A DNA stretch of 64,000 bases, from the NCBI GenBank assembly GCA_951406725.2, contig OX597823.1, forward strand, positions 100,688,001 to 100,752,000. Direction: 5' to 3'. The DNA comes from Octopus vulgaris (lineage: Eukaryota). Made by a program: the position numbers and the translations under genes. Below the pieces are notes generated by a model. It was not told the DNA's origin. It worked only from the letters and a program-made list of their open reading frames with translations, and ran no database searches. Position 1 is the first letter of the stretch. Every line of letters starts with the position of its first letter. This document shows positions 11,606 to 25,193 of this stretch, piece after piece.

Positions 11606-12216
11606 CATACATGCATACATACATATACACATAAACCGAGTAAAAAATTTCAGTTATCTCTCTCTTTCACACATTACTCTCTCTGTCTCTTCACACACAC
11701 TAACAGAAGCACTTCACTTACACAACATACTGTCTGTCTCCCACACTCCATCAAACACACACACACACACATGTACATCAATGAGTCCCATGCACGGTAA
11801 CTTCAAAGGAACTTCCCTCGTCATACAATCGCTTTCTCTTAGTCTCTTTCGCTCTCATTACTTATGTAAAAAAATAAAAGTTTTTGCTGTGTGTAAAGAG
11901 GAAGTGGGAGGCAGAGTGAAAGAATCACTCACTACAGTAAGTGAATTACTTTCATTTTATTCCTTGCCCACTGTGTGTGTGCGTTTGCGTGTGCTGTAAA
12001 CCAGACTAAGAAAAGCATTTGACACACATACCAGAATGTGAGTTTTCTGTAAATTTTGCTTAATTGGAGTTTAAATTTTAAAAACTGGACCTGGCATGAC
12101 GCGATGCATTGTACTCTCAAAACTGCTAGGTAAATTGTAATTGAAGAAATCCTATATTGTAGATTTGTATAACTCCCAAAGGGAGGCAGATAAAATCTGC
12201 CTTTTATAATAAGAGA
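10716..12216 (-). mobile_element. Helitron deletion derivative carrying a Pif1 helicase fragment
   Basis: A|TC...hairpin-CTAG|T termini and an internal helicase ORF fragment. Confidence 0.9.
10818..11312 (-). pseudogene. Helitron RepHel Pif1-family helicase C-terminal fragment
   Basis: NMR..., KAILAPRN, YQSID, YPIEVLN, PGLPPHFLKLKVSAPIMLIRNL...CNGTRL. Confidence 0.9.
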
Positions 12217-12263
12217 TATATATATTATATATAAATATACTATATATATATATATTATATACA

Positions 12264-12294
<31 letters not shown>

Positions 12295-13835
12295 CTAGCA
12301 GTATCGCCCGGCGTTGCTCGGGTTTGTAAGGGAAATAACTATATAAGCATTTTTAGAGAGTTATAGCCAAAAAATGCATTAAAAATTGAAAAAAAATTAA
12401 GGTAAATATTTTTTAAATCGTTGACACATCGTAGATATTTTTAGAGAGTTACTTCCCTTATATAAAAGCGAAGAAAATGCATTAAAATGGAAAAATATGA
12501 TGGTAAATTTTTTTTAAATCGTAGACTCATCGTAGACGCACGCTAATACCCAGAAGGGCTCGATATGAATCACGACTATAAGATACCCGCTTTTGGTTAA
12601 ACTGCACCGCAAAATGTGGGAGTAGTTAGGAATCTAAATCGTAGGAGACAGACACACAACTTCACTCTTATATAAAGATGCTTTTTTTTTTCAGTCATAG
12701 AGTTAGATTTATGAAGGTCTTCAGTAGAAAATCCTTCGAATTCTGACTCGCTGCTTGATATAATGAAATTCGTATCCATTTTTTGTCAGAATTAAAAATT
12801 TTGAAAACACAATAGGAACAAATTTCGGAAAAAAATCTCCCATAATTCACGGAATTAAAATTACACTTCGATTTTTGTACAAAACTGTAGTTGAACTGTT
12901 TACGAAGTATAATACGTGTTTTCACGAATGTACTAAAGAGATTTGCTCTGATATTCTCATTTAAATATGAATAGGTAAATTCGGGCGGCTTGGTAACTAT
13001 ATATAAGTGTCGTCTGTTTATACATAAACACTGTTTCATACTGCAATTATATATACATATATCTATATATAATATTATCTAATAAAATATATACAGAGTA
13101 AAATAAAAACCAATTTACCTTTTCTGTCCTCCGTGTGTCTTTGCAAATGTGTTGGAATGATAAGTGAGTTGTGTTTTTGCGCCTTTTTTACTAATAACAA
13201 ACACACACGTGTTTGTATGTAGTTGTATGTAGTTGTATATGTATGTGTATGCGTGTGTGTGAGGAATGACACACACACACTCACGCAGGCACACATGTAC
13301 ATCAATGCTTTCGGAGTGATATGTTAAAATATTGAGTTTTCTCGAATTTTGTCTTAATTGGGGGTGAAATTGAAAGAAATATATTATGGCATGAGCGAAT
13401 GGAGTACTTTGAAAAATCTTAGGTAAATTCTAATTGAAGAAGTTGTGTGAGGATTAAATGGTTATGTATTTATTTGTTTCTGTTTGCTGTGTTTTTTTAT
13501 TTTTTGAGTAGTGGTTTAAACACTTTCAGTTTAGTCTTCCTCAAATCAATCACTCTGTCGCTATTTACTTTCATTTTATTCGTTGCCCACTGTGTGTGTG
13601 CGTTTGCGTGTGGTGTAAACCAGACTAAGAAAAGCATTTGACACACACACCAGAATGTGAGTTTTCTGTAAATTTTGCTTAATTGGAGTTTAAATTTTAA
13701 AAACTGGACCTGGCATGACGCGATGCATTGTACTCTTAAAACTGCTAGGTAAATTGTAATTGAAGAAATCCTATATTGTAGATTTGTATAACTCCCAAAG
13801 GGAGGCAGATAAAATCTGCCTTTTATAATAAGAGA
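12295..13835 (-). mobile_element. Non-autonomous Helitron, composite, about 1.54 kb
   Basis: Canonical termini, plus an internal second 5'-end-like motif near 12678. Confidence 0.85.
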
Positions 13836-13853
13836 TATTATATATATTATATA

Positions 13854-16800
13854 TCTCTTATTATAAAAGGCAGATTTTATCTGCCTCCCTTTGGGAGTTA
13901 TACAAATCTACAATATAGGATTTCTTTAATTACAATTTACCTTGCATTTTTAAGAGTACAATGCATTGCGTCATGCCAGGTCCAGTTTTTAAAATTTAAA
14001 CTCCAATTAAGCAAAATTTACAGAAAACTCACATTCTGGTGTGTGTGTCAAATGCTTTTCTTAGTCTGGTTTACACCACACGCAAACGCACACACAGTGG
14101 GCAACGAATAAAATGAAAGTAAATAGCGACAGAGTGATTTGAGGAAGCCTAAACTGAAAGTAATTAAACCACTACTCAAAAATAAAAAAACACAGCAAAC
14201 AGAAACAAATAAATACATAACCATTTAGTCCTCACACAATTTCTTCAATTAGAATTTACCTAAGATTTTTCAAAGTACTCCATTCGCTCATGCCATAATA
14301 TATTTCTTTCAATTTCACCCCAATTAAGACAAAATTCGAGAAAACTCAATATTTTAACATATCACTCCGAAAGCATTGATGTACATGTGTGCTTGCGAGA
14401 GTGTGTGTGTGTCATTCCTCACACACACGCATACACATACATATACAACTACATACAACTACATACACATACAACTACATACAAACACGTGTGTGTTTGT
14501 TATTAGTAAAAAAGGCGCAAAAACACAACTCACTTATCATTCCAACACATTTGCAAAGACACACGGAGGACAGAAAAGGTAAATTGGTTTTTATTTTACT
14601 CTGTATATATTTTATTATATAATACTAGCAGAATTGCCCGGCGTTGCTCGGGGCTGAATTGCTTGAAAGTACTGTTAATGATTGCACTGAATTATGATGA
14701 TTATTCAGGCAAATATTGAAATAAGCTTACGGTGGGAGATAAGGACTTAACGCCAAACGTGTGCCATTGCATTGTTTTGGGGGAACCAAATTTCTGATGA
14801 GCATTATAGGGGCACTAACTTTAAGTTTGAGAAAGTGTGGTGGTAGTCCGGGGTGCTCAAAGGAATTGAGTACCCCTATTGGATAGTTGATGACGTCCTC
14901 TGGGTCAGGAGTTGTATCGATAGACTGATATACATCGACTTCCCCAGGAATGAGTTTTAGCATTTCCTCATTAATATGGTGAACAGTTTTATTCCTCGGG
15001 GCCAGTATAGCCTTTTTGCCAATCCAATCCATATTCTGATAATTAGCTTGTAAATCGGGGAACACTGCATCTCTGAGATCAGAAGGCGTCTTAACAATGG
15101 TACAAATGGAATCGATGGCAATATTACCATTTTCATCCCCTGGTATTTTGCCTTCGCCAAGTGCAAGGAGAGTGTGAGGAAATGCTGGTGATGTGATATT
15201 ACGTCGCATATGAGCACGCATATTGGTGTGAAGTTTGAGAGTTACTTCCGTTTATTTTTAAAAATATGCATTAAAATGGAAAAAAATGATGGTAAATTAT
15301 TTGTAAAATCATAGACTCATCGTAGACGCGCGCTAATACCCAGAAGGGCTCGATATGAATCACGACTATAAGATACCCGGTTTTGGTTAAACTGCATCGC
15401 AAAATGTGGGAGTAGTTAGGAATCTAAATCGGAGTAGACAGACACACAACCTTTCTTTTATATATAAATACATACATACACACACACATACACACACACA
15501 CACACACACATACATACATATACACATAAACCGAGTAAAAAATTTCAGTTATCTCTCTCTTTCACACATTACTCTCTCTGTCTCTTCACACACACTAACA
15601 GAAGCACTTCACTTACACAACATACTGTCTGTCTCCCACACTCCATCAAACACACACACACACACACATGTACATCAATGAGTCCCATGCACGGTAACTT
15701 GAAAGGAACTTCCCTCGTCATACAATCGCTTTCTCTTAGTCTCTTTCGCTCTCATTACTTATGTAAAAAAATAAAAGTTTTTTCTATGTGTGTAAAGAGG
15801 AAGTGGGAAGCAGAGTGAAAGAATCACTCACTACAGTAAGTGAATTACTTTCATTTTATTCCTTGCCCACTGTGTGTGTGCGTTTGCGTGTGGTGTAAAC
15901 CAGACTAAGAAAAGCATTTGACACACACACCAGAATGTGAGTTTTCTGTAAATTTTGCTTAACTGGAGTTTAAATTTTAAAAACTGGACCTGGCATGACG
16001 CGATGCATTGTACTCTTAAAACTGCCAGGTAAATTGTAATTGAAGAAATCCTATATTGTAGATTTGTATAACTCCCAAAGGGAGGCAGATAAAATCTGCC
16101 TTTTATAATAAGAGATTATATATAGATATATGTATACATAATTGCAGTATGAAACAGTGTTTATGTATAAACAGACGACACTTATATATAGTTACCAAGC
16201 CGCCCGAATTTACCTATTCATATTTAAATGAGAATATCAGAGCAAATCTCTTTAGTACATTCGTGAAAACACGTATTATACTTCGTAAACACTTCAACTA
16301 CAGTTTTGTACAAAAATCGAAGTGTAATTTTAATTCCGTGAATTATGGGAGATTTTTTTCCGAAATTTGTTCCTATTGTGTTTTCAAAATTTGTAATTCT
16401 GACAAAAAATGGATACGAATTTCATTATATCAAGCAGCGAGTCAGAATTCGAAGGATTTTCTACTGAAGACCTTCATAAATCTAACTCTATGACTGAAAA
16501 AAAAAAAGCATCTTTATATAAGAGTGAAGTTGTGTGTCTGTCTCCTACGATTTCGATTCCTAGCTACTCCCACATTTTGCGGTGCAGTTTAACCAAAAGC
16601 GGGTATCTTATAGTCGTGATTCATATCGAGCCCTTCTGGGTATTAGCGTGCGTCTACGATGAGTCTACGATTTAAAAAAATTTACCATCATATTTTTCCA
16701 TTTTAATGCATTTTTTTCGCTTTTATATAAGGGAAGTAACTCTCTAAAAATATCTACGATGTGTCAACGATTTAAAAAATATTTACCTTAATTTTTTTTC

Positions 16801-16893
16801 AATTTTTAATGCATTTTTTGGCTATAACTCTCTAAAAATGCTTATATAGTTATTTCCCTTACAAACCCGAGCAACGCCGGGCGATACTGCTAG
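13854..16893 (+). mobile_element. Inverted twin of the 12295-13835 Helitron, split by a nested Helitron
   Basis: 13854-14624 plus 16116-16893 reconstitute the reverse complement of 12295-13835. Starts TCTCTTATT, ends hairpin-CTAG|T. Confidence 0.85.
14625..16115 (-). mobile_element. Second Pif1-fragment Helitron (helicase fragment 14727-15221), nested
   Basis: Near-identical to 10716-12216. Inserted between A and T with no TSD. Confidence 0.9.
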
Positions 16894-17398
<505 letters not shown>

Positions 17399-18140
17399 AA
17401 GAGAGAGAGAGAGAGAGGAAGCAACTCGTATATAACTACTGTAAGGGTGTCAATGGGTTTTATTTCAGCAACAGAATGTTGATTTCTTGATTACAAAGCG
17501 GCACTTAAAAAAGTAAAAAGCTAAAAGAATGTATTACATTAATCTTCTTGTCAAGCACAAGGTTAGCATTGATTATTCTGTTTAGAAGTTATATATTTTC
17601 TAATTTATCGGCTATGAAATCTTTTTTATTTCAACATCAACCATGGTGTGTCGACAAATTAGAAGAAAAAAAAAATAATTCTCTTATATTCACTTTTTAA
17701 ATCTTCCGAAGCTGGAAGTTAGATTTCTTTTAACTTTTCCTTTCACATTTAAAGTTCATCTGCCGATGAACATGTGTAGATTTACTTTTAGTTTTGGTTT
17801 TTTTGTTATTCCTTATAACATATTTTTTATCGAATTTTATATCAAAATTGCCTGTTGTTCATTACATGGAACTTAAACTTTCAGTTATGAGCCGATTTTT
17901 CATTAAATATTATGGGACGTTTCCATTTTTATACAATTGAATAACTTTTTATTCTTATGCAACTAGTCTTTCTTTAAAAATTGAAATATTTCAGCATAAG
18001 GAATCGATAAATTTATTTTTGGTATTTTTTACAATAAAAATTCTAATTTTTTTTTTTAAAGAAGCACAAATATAAATTTAAACATTTATTAACGAAGTGT
18101 GTCTATGATAAAATACGAAACTAAAACGTGTCTGTTTAAA

Positions 18141-18173
18141 GAGAATGGCGGAGAGAGGCGTTACCAAGGTAAC
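18141..18173 (+). promoter_or_regulatory. Candidate promoter: RFX X-box (18160-18173) with adjacent YY1-like motif
   Basis: GTTACCAAGGTAAC fits the palindromic X-box consensus GTYNCC-N(0-3)-RGYAAC. GAATGGCGG lies just upstream. Unique sequence with a strong splice donor about 170 nt downstream. Confidence 0.6.
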
Positions 18174-18174
18174 G

Positions 18175-18342
18175 ACAGTATATATGTGATGACAACAGAT
18201 CGACAGCGAGCAGGAAATTTCTAATGAGACGGGTATTCATCTGAAGAAAATATTTTATGTTTAATGTATAAATTTAAAGAGTGACAAACACATGAACAGC
18301 AGCTTGTATTGGAGGAAAAGAAACCAGCGGTACTTAACGCTG
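18175..18342 (+). other. Candidate first (non-coding) exon
   Basis: Ends at CTG|GTAAGT (18343). Start inferred from the X-box position. A possible mini-exon lies at 18467-18491 (ttcattcag|...gag|gtaagc). Confidence 0.4.
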
Positions 18343-21300
18343 GTAAGTGAAATCGATAAAATAGTTAAATCGATGTGTGTGATAAAAGATTTTGCTTTGC
18401 GATTGCTGCTTTATTTATTTCATGATTAATCTTCTTTTGAATTGATGATTTATTTATTTCATTCAGAACTTTGTTATTTATATGTGACGAGGTAAGCTGT
18501 TGCGAAGTGAGTATGGGGACCAGGGAAAGACTTAAACTCAATCACACTTCCATTTACCATTTCACGAAATTAGTGGAACTGACCAAATTTAAATTTTAGC
18601 AGTGTGAGACACTAAAACAAATATTACAAACTGTTTATTTCGATTTACTTTAGCTCTCTACTACAAATTCCCACAATGGAAGTAAAGTTGAATGCATCTA
18701 AGCATATTAGAGGTACTTATTATTATTGACACTTCTTTCTTAATTTGTAACCGACAGATAGAATCAGTAATTTCAAAACTCACTAGAAATGGTTTCCTCT
18801 ACTCGATCGGGAGAGCAACTCAGTGGCATAGTGTAGGTGGGGAACACGAACGGTTCCGTGAGTGCAAAATTCTTAGAGGTGCAACATTTCAAAATAATGT
18901 AATAATAGTCCACGGGTTAGTGGGCGCAATACTTGTTCAGAACGCTGGTAACATTAGTGGATTGAGGGTCACAACGCCCGCACCAGCACCATCGTTGACA
19001 CGAATGAGGACATGCAAAGTAAGACTTCGGTGAGTAAAATTAAATATTGCTACACTTGTACCTTTTCCTCTGCAACGACCAAACAACCGTAAAAATAGTG
19101 TGAGCAAAAGTCGAGTTTGAAAGTGAAATAATAGTTTAAATTATTGATTATTATCGTCTTTGAAAAGATGAAAGAACCAGTCCATAGTTAGATTTGAGGT
19201 ATGATAGTAAAAATTCACCGGAAAAGGGCTCAGGAATTGGTGGCGGCAGGCAAAATGTAGAAAATTACATTTTTTTAAGACAAAATTTCACAGAAGGAAA
19301 CAACTGTTCAATGCCTTACCATTTTCCTTCTTCATGAGGTAGTGAAGGCTATTTCAAAAGTCCACTGATCAGAGATTACACCTGTCATGTAAAAATTTAC
19401 TGGAAAACTGCAAGGCAAAATAATATTTTGACTTCATGCACCAGTACCACTGCAAGGCTGCTATCGATACTGAAGAAGACACATGATCATACTAAAGAGG
19501 AGAGGAAATAAAGCAATCTCAATCAGACCCTGAAACCCTGCTTTTTATCTTAATGTTGCACTACAGCCCATGTCCTATGAAGCTACTAACATAGAACGTT
19601 TCATGACGTGTGTGTGTAGGTTATCCCATTCTTGCATGCTATAATAATCTTGTTTTCTATTTTAGAAAAAATGTTAATTTGAAAGTGATGTGTAATAGTT
19701 AAATGATTCAACTCTAAAATAGTATATTACTGGTATTTATCAATACTGGGTGGCTTTTTTGTTGGATTACATCTAAGATATGAGTAGCTTCAACCTGTAA
19801 AGTGTTGGGTCATTTTGTTCCACACTCTCTGCTTTGAGCTAATTAAATCAATGGTTAATTTAGCTAGACACAAAGTCTGTTGTGTAGATTGAAGTGGTAT
19901 AGTAAATATATTTAACCACTGTTTTGATTAATGTTTATTTTATTGATCTTGGAGAGGTTAGTGGCAAATGGATTGTGTTAAGATCTGAACCACCAAAATC
20001 CAACATTTCCAAATAATTGTTTTTACACTGCCATGTATGTCTCACCACAACCTAAAGGAAGCAACAGAAAAATCTTGCATATCTTACATAACCATTGGTG
20101 TGGCACTAGTGAAGTTAGGCAGATAGTAATGATGTCCCCATGTGGCTAATGTTTTGCCATTTTTCTTCAGTTACCACCATGGTTTAAACTAGTGCACACT
20201 GTGAGTTTGCTATCCAAATGTTTATCGAGAATGGTGGATCTGGAAGGATGTTTTTGCCACAACTATAGTAACTGTGATATGTTCTTTATGCTCAGAACTT
20301 TCATTTTTGAAATATAATTAATCAATTCATTTGTAAAATAAAATTGTTTTTTTAAGTAAAGCAATATTTAAAATATTTTGTTTAAAATTTTGAATCACGT
20401 GTAGTCAATCAAAGAGGAAGACAGATGCGTAAAAAAAAATCTCTCATGGATATACCATTCTTGGTATATTCTTCAACAACAAACCATGGAGATAACTGGG
20501 GGGAAAAAAAAAAAAAAACAACAGTAAAACATCAACCACATGAAGACACTATAATTATCTGCCAAACATCACTAGTGTCACACCAAAGACCATGTACAAT
20601 TTGTGAGTTTCCTGCCACACCTTGCACACATCTTGTGTTAAAGCCAAAGAGGGGTATAGGAAGGGTGGCAGGAGGGACAGATGTAGCTGATATGGATTGC
20701 CACCATGCTAGTTGGAGATATCTTGTCACCCAATGCCTCTATGTGGAGTGAAACTAAATGACTAAGATCCTTTACTTTCCTTAGAAATGAACACTATTTC
20801 AATATCTAAGTTACAAGATCTGAAGATCTTTCAGAGCATAAATTATATTGTAAGTAATAAATAATTATGCTGTACATAATAATTATAAACATTGGATTCA
20901 GGGAACAAATTATTTCTCAATTTCTGGCATTTAACAAAAGAACTTTAAAAACATTTTTTTTTTTAAATGCTTTTTTTGGTAAAGTATTTTCTTTACAGTT
21001 TTCTGTTGCTACTCCTATCATAAAGGAGTTTCATTGACAGAAATGATTTATTTTAAACAATGATTTATTTTAAACAAAGCATTCCCCTTCTTGCCATTGC
21101 TGTCATCATCATAGTCATTATCATCATCATGGTGATGAAGTTGGTATAGTTTTGATGGGTCTACAACTACTGCACATCTTGACAGGCTTGAATACCTTAT
21201 CTTCCCCTTCTTCTCTACTTCCACACCTTTATCTTTATCCTCTTTATTTTCAATCGTTTTTCTGAGCCTCTCCCTCTTCCTCTCTTTCCTCCCCTCTTTT

Positions 21301-23090
21301 TCTTCTTTTGCTGAAATATTGTTTGGGTTTTCTTTCTGTGGGCAAGTTCAGACTTAAACTGGGCATGAAAATTATGAGTTGGGACAAGTGTTTGTAGGGG
21401 AAGGTGTACATACAAGTGCATGTACATGGGAAATGGAAAAGTAGCAGAAAAAGTGACATAATTACTTAATTACAGATGCCATAAAATACCAGTTGTTAGC
21501 TATCAAGAAAATGCATCCCTCAACGATTCCATTCTTCCTGAAATTCATACTACTCCAGACATATCCATGCACCCTTTCCTTTTCACTTTCACATCATTTT
21601 ACCGTTGACTTTTCTCTTTTTGTGTGTTTTATCCCGTGTGCCATGTATATACCTGTAGCTTTTATTGCTGTCTTTGACATAGGGTTGCATCCTATCCTTC
21701 TTTTCCTATGAGCACTGTGTAAAAGAAACTTATTAAATATTGCTGTTTTTTTTATATTTAATAATTTCTGGAAGTTATTGTCATTTCTGAAGCCAATATC
21801 TCTGAAAAATAAAATACGGATTTCTTTTGTGATATACACAGGGGTAGAATTCATTAGAATTGATCTCAGGATATTACTGGTACTTATTTATTGCTCCACT
21901 CACACACACACACCTCAGTAGGATGAAAGGCAAAGTGATACCTGAGATGGGGGTCGCAAAACTGAATAGGGGGTGCGGCACAATGAGAAGATTTTACTGT
22001 GTTTTTGACTTTGAGACAAAATATATTTTTTACCAATGTTTCACTACTTTACAAAAACTATATTAGCTAAGCAAATGACCTTTCCTAAATGCATCATAAC
22101 ATGATCTGATCACTATTTCAGAAAATTATCTCAGTTATCTTTGAAAATACAAATGACAAATTTAGTTGGGGCAAAATAAGGAAAACAAGATAAGGTGAAT
22201 TTGCCTCTTCAATTATCCAGAATTACATTTGGGAAAAAGACTTGTACATATCAAAATCCATACTTAGACAACAGAAAGATCAGAAATGCAAAAAGGAAAA
22301 TTTAAATATGTAGGTCAAATGAAAGAGAATCATGGAAAAATGGCACACGATATGAAATTAAAGAAACTCTATTATACTGAAAAAACTCAACATAAAATAT
22401 TCTCTGTAGCTTCTTCATATTCTGCTGGAGTGTCTCACTCTGATATATTTACACACTATGCAGTTAAAGAGGAAAAATCAAAATTACCTATTACTCATTT
22501 TACCCCATTTTATCACATTAGACAAAAAATTGAATTGGAATCCAACAGAAAAAAGAATATTGACTGCTAAATACCAAAAATTATCCAGCTGTTAGCAACT
22601 TCAACAAAGGTGAGGAAGAATTTCTTGAAAGAAATAGTACCTGACCATGTTTTGGACTCTCTCAACTTCAGCAACAACAACTATGCCGACCACTTTTTAC
22701 TCCTAAATAAAACGTAACAATAAAAAATGATGATGTTATATTTAAAATGTAATGAATTCAAACAGGAAGGAAGAAAATTCTGTATACGCTGGCATATAAT
22801 ATGACTGGGTGTACAAGACAACTTCCGGGTTTTCAGCTATACTTGCTGTATAAGACTACCTTGAGTGACCGTGGAAAACAGCTTGAGCACTGAAGGCGTG
22901 AGATTCATAGCCAAAGGGGTCGGGTGAGCTGTAGCTTCCCCAGTGACCCCTGGAACCTCTGCTTTTCTTGTGTTTCAATAGCATTTTAACTATCTCTCAA
23001 TCAGTAGACTTTGTATGCAACAATTCTGCAGTCATGATTGTTTCAAATTTATCCAGTTCTTTTCAAAAAGTTGCCATATACTGTAAATTA

Positions 23091-24338
23091 CGAGGGGCGT
23101 TCAATAAGTAATGCCCCTGACCCACTTCCCATAGCAGTAGAGCAACGAAACTTGGCACAGTTATTAGTCTTTTTCTACATAGGAACTACCCAGAGTTATG
23201 CATTTCTCCCATCGTTTGATGCAGCTTTGGAAACCGTTTTTGTAGAAGACCCCAGCTTGGTCCTCCAACCACGACGTGACTTCAGAAATCAAGGCTGCAT
23301 AATCTGGGAAACGCTTTCCTTTCAAAAAAAACTTCATGGCTGGGAAGAGGTGAAAATCAGAGGGTGCAAGGTCAGGAGAGTAGGGGGGATGAGGAATGAG
23401 TTCATAGCCGCACGCCTGTGCTTCTGATCTGGTGACACGCGAGTTGTGGACCGGAGCGTTGTCCTGCAGGAGGAAGATGCCTTTGCTGCTTTTGCCCCGC
23501 CTCTTAATTTTGATAGCTTCTCTTAATTTCATCAAAAGTGAAGCATAATAGGCTCCTGTAATTGTGGTACCCTTTGCCAGGAAATCTGTCATCACTACTC
23601 CGTCCTGGTCCCAGAAGACTGTGAACATGACCTTGCCAACGGAGGGCTGCACCCTTGCCTTCTTTGGAGGAGGTGAGTCACGGTGCTTCTACTGCATTGA
23701 CTGGGCTTTGGTCTCTGGATCATAGTGATGGACCCAGGTTTCATCCTGTGTAATCAGTCTTTTGAAAAATTTTGACTCCTCTTCTTGGCACATCTCCAAA
23801 TTCATCCTCGAGCACTCGACGCGTTCTTGCTTCTGGAAAGGTGTGAGCAACCTGGGAATCCATCTGGCAGACACCTTTTGCATATGCAAATGGTCATGAT
23901 TGATAGTTTCCACAGACCCGGTACTAATCTTGACCTCATGGGCTATTTGGCGGACAGATGCCTTATCAATGGCAGAAGGGGGGCAACCAGATCTGGGAGC
24001 TGTTTCCACAGAGTTCCGAACATGTTTGAATTCACGATGCCAGCATTTTACAAGGTCATATGATGGGGCATCATCACCATAAGTTACTTTCATTTCATCA
24101 AAAGTCTCCCGTGGCGAGCGTCCTTTCAAATACAAAAACCGGATCACTGCTCGACACACAACAGGCTCCATTTCACACTTGACTCTGTTCAAACACCTGT
24201 AAATCAGAAACCACAATTAGTTCAGAGCTGTAATTCGCCACTTAATTTGTAGAGATATGAATAATTGCACATGCAAAATTTCAACTAGATCAAACAACTG
24301 CAAGTGGGTCAGAGGCATTACTTATTGAACGTCCCTCG
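23091..24338 (-). mobile_element. Mariner (DD34D) transposon, both ends intact, inactive
   Basis: TIRs cgaggggcgttcaataagtaatgcc / ggcattacttattgaacgtccctcg with TA TSD on both sides. Confidence 0.97.
23164..24171 (-). pseudogene. Mariner transposase pseudogene
   Basis: WIPRLL, ITQDETWVHHYDPETK, LLQDNAPVH, HPPYSPDLAPSDFHLF. In-frame TAG at about 23689 (QSMQ*) and an apparent deletion in the HTH region. Confidence 0.95.
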
Positions 24339-24820
24339 TACATACTATAAGACACATCTAACTCTTACCATCTTACCACCGTATTCTCTCACAGCATCAC
24401 AGTTGTGGGTCTTGGGCATATGCTACCACTTTCAGTTTAAAACCAGCTTCATATTTCCTTCGTTAATCACTTCGAGCTATGAGGGGATTTTCACCCAGTG
24501 AGAGTACTGCTGCTTATTAAAGAGTGACAACTTGAGCCTTCTCAAGAAACCCTGTCTGTAAGGTTTACTGTGATTGATCTGACTGCTATGACTTGGCCAG
24601 TCACAGAAGGTACCGGTACATGCTGTAATGGATAGGTTAGTTATCATACACTACACTTATACTGAAAGCCCTCAGCTGGACCCTGGGACCCAGCTGAATG
24701 GGTTGATTGTTTACATTTCCTATTATTCAGCTGTTGCAAATGGTGACTGGTGTCTGTCCACTAAGTTTGCTGTTATTTTAATATAATCTGACTATTAATC
24801 CAGCTCTATAAACATACATG

Positions 24821-24975
24821 TAAGTATCAGTAGAAAATACTGAGTTGTAGAACCATAAGATCTATGTGAATGTTTTACGATGTTCTCCATCGATATGAGC
24901 AAGTATCAGTAGAAAATACTGCACTGTACAACCATAAGATCTATGTGAGTGCTTTACACTGTTCTCCATTGACAT
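24821..24975. repeat. Tandem duplication, 2 x about 80 bp
   Basis: aagtatcagtagaaaatactg...accataagatctatgtga...tgttctccat at 24821 and 24901. Confidence 0.85.
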
Positions 24976-25193
24976 TGGAGCTACTCTAAACCACAAGAAG
25001 TTAAAGGTTCAGATTTTATACAGGGTATATAAGATGACCCCTAGTATATACCTGTATGCCGGTATATACAGTAACAAAAAAAATCAGAAATTATTCATTT
25101 TATCCCAGTTACTAATTTAGCACCACCTGCCTCTTCCCCTACCGAAAAGCATTTCTTTAATCTGGTATTGTACCTTATCTTTATAGACAGCTT

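Noticed and set aside
12695-13039. 114-aa ORF duplicated at 16149..16493
   Set aside because: It lies inside the twin Helitrons, so its conservation reflects recent duplication. No domain recognised.
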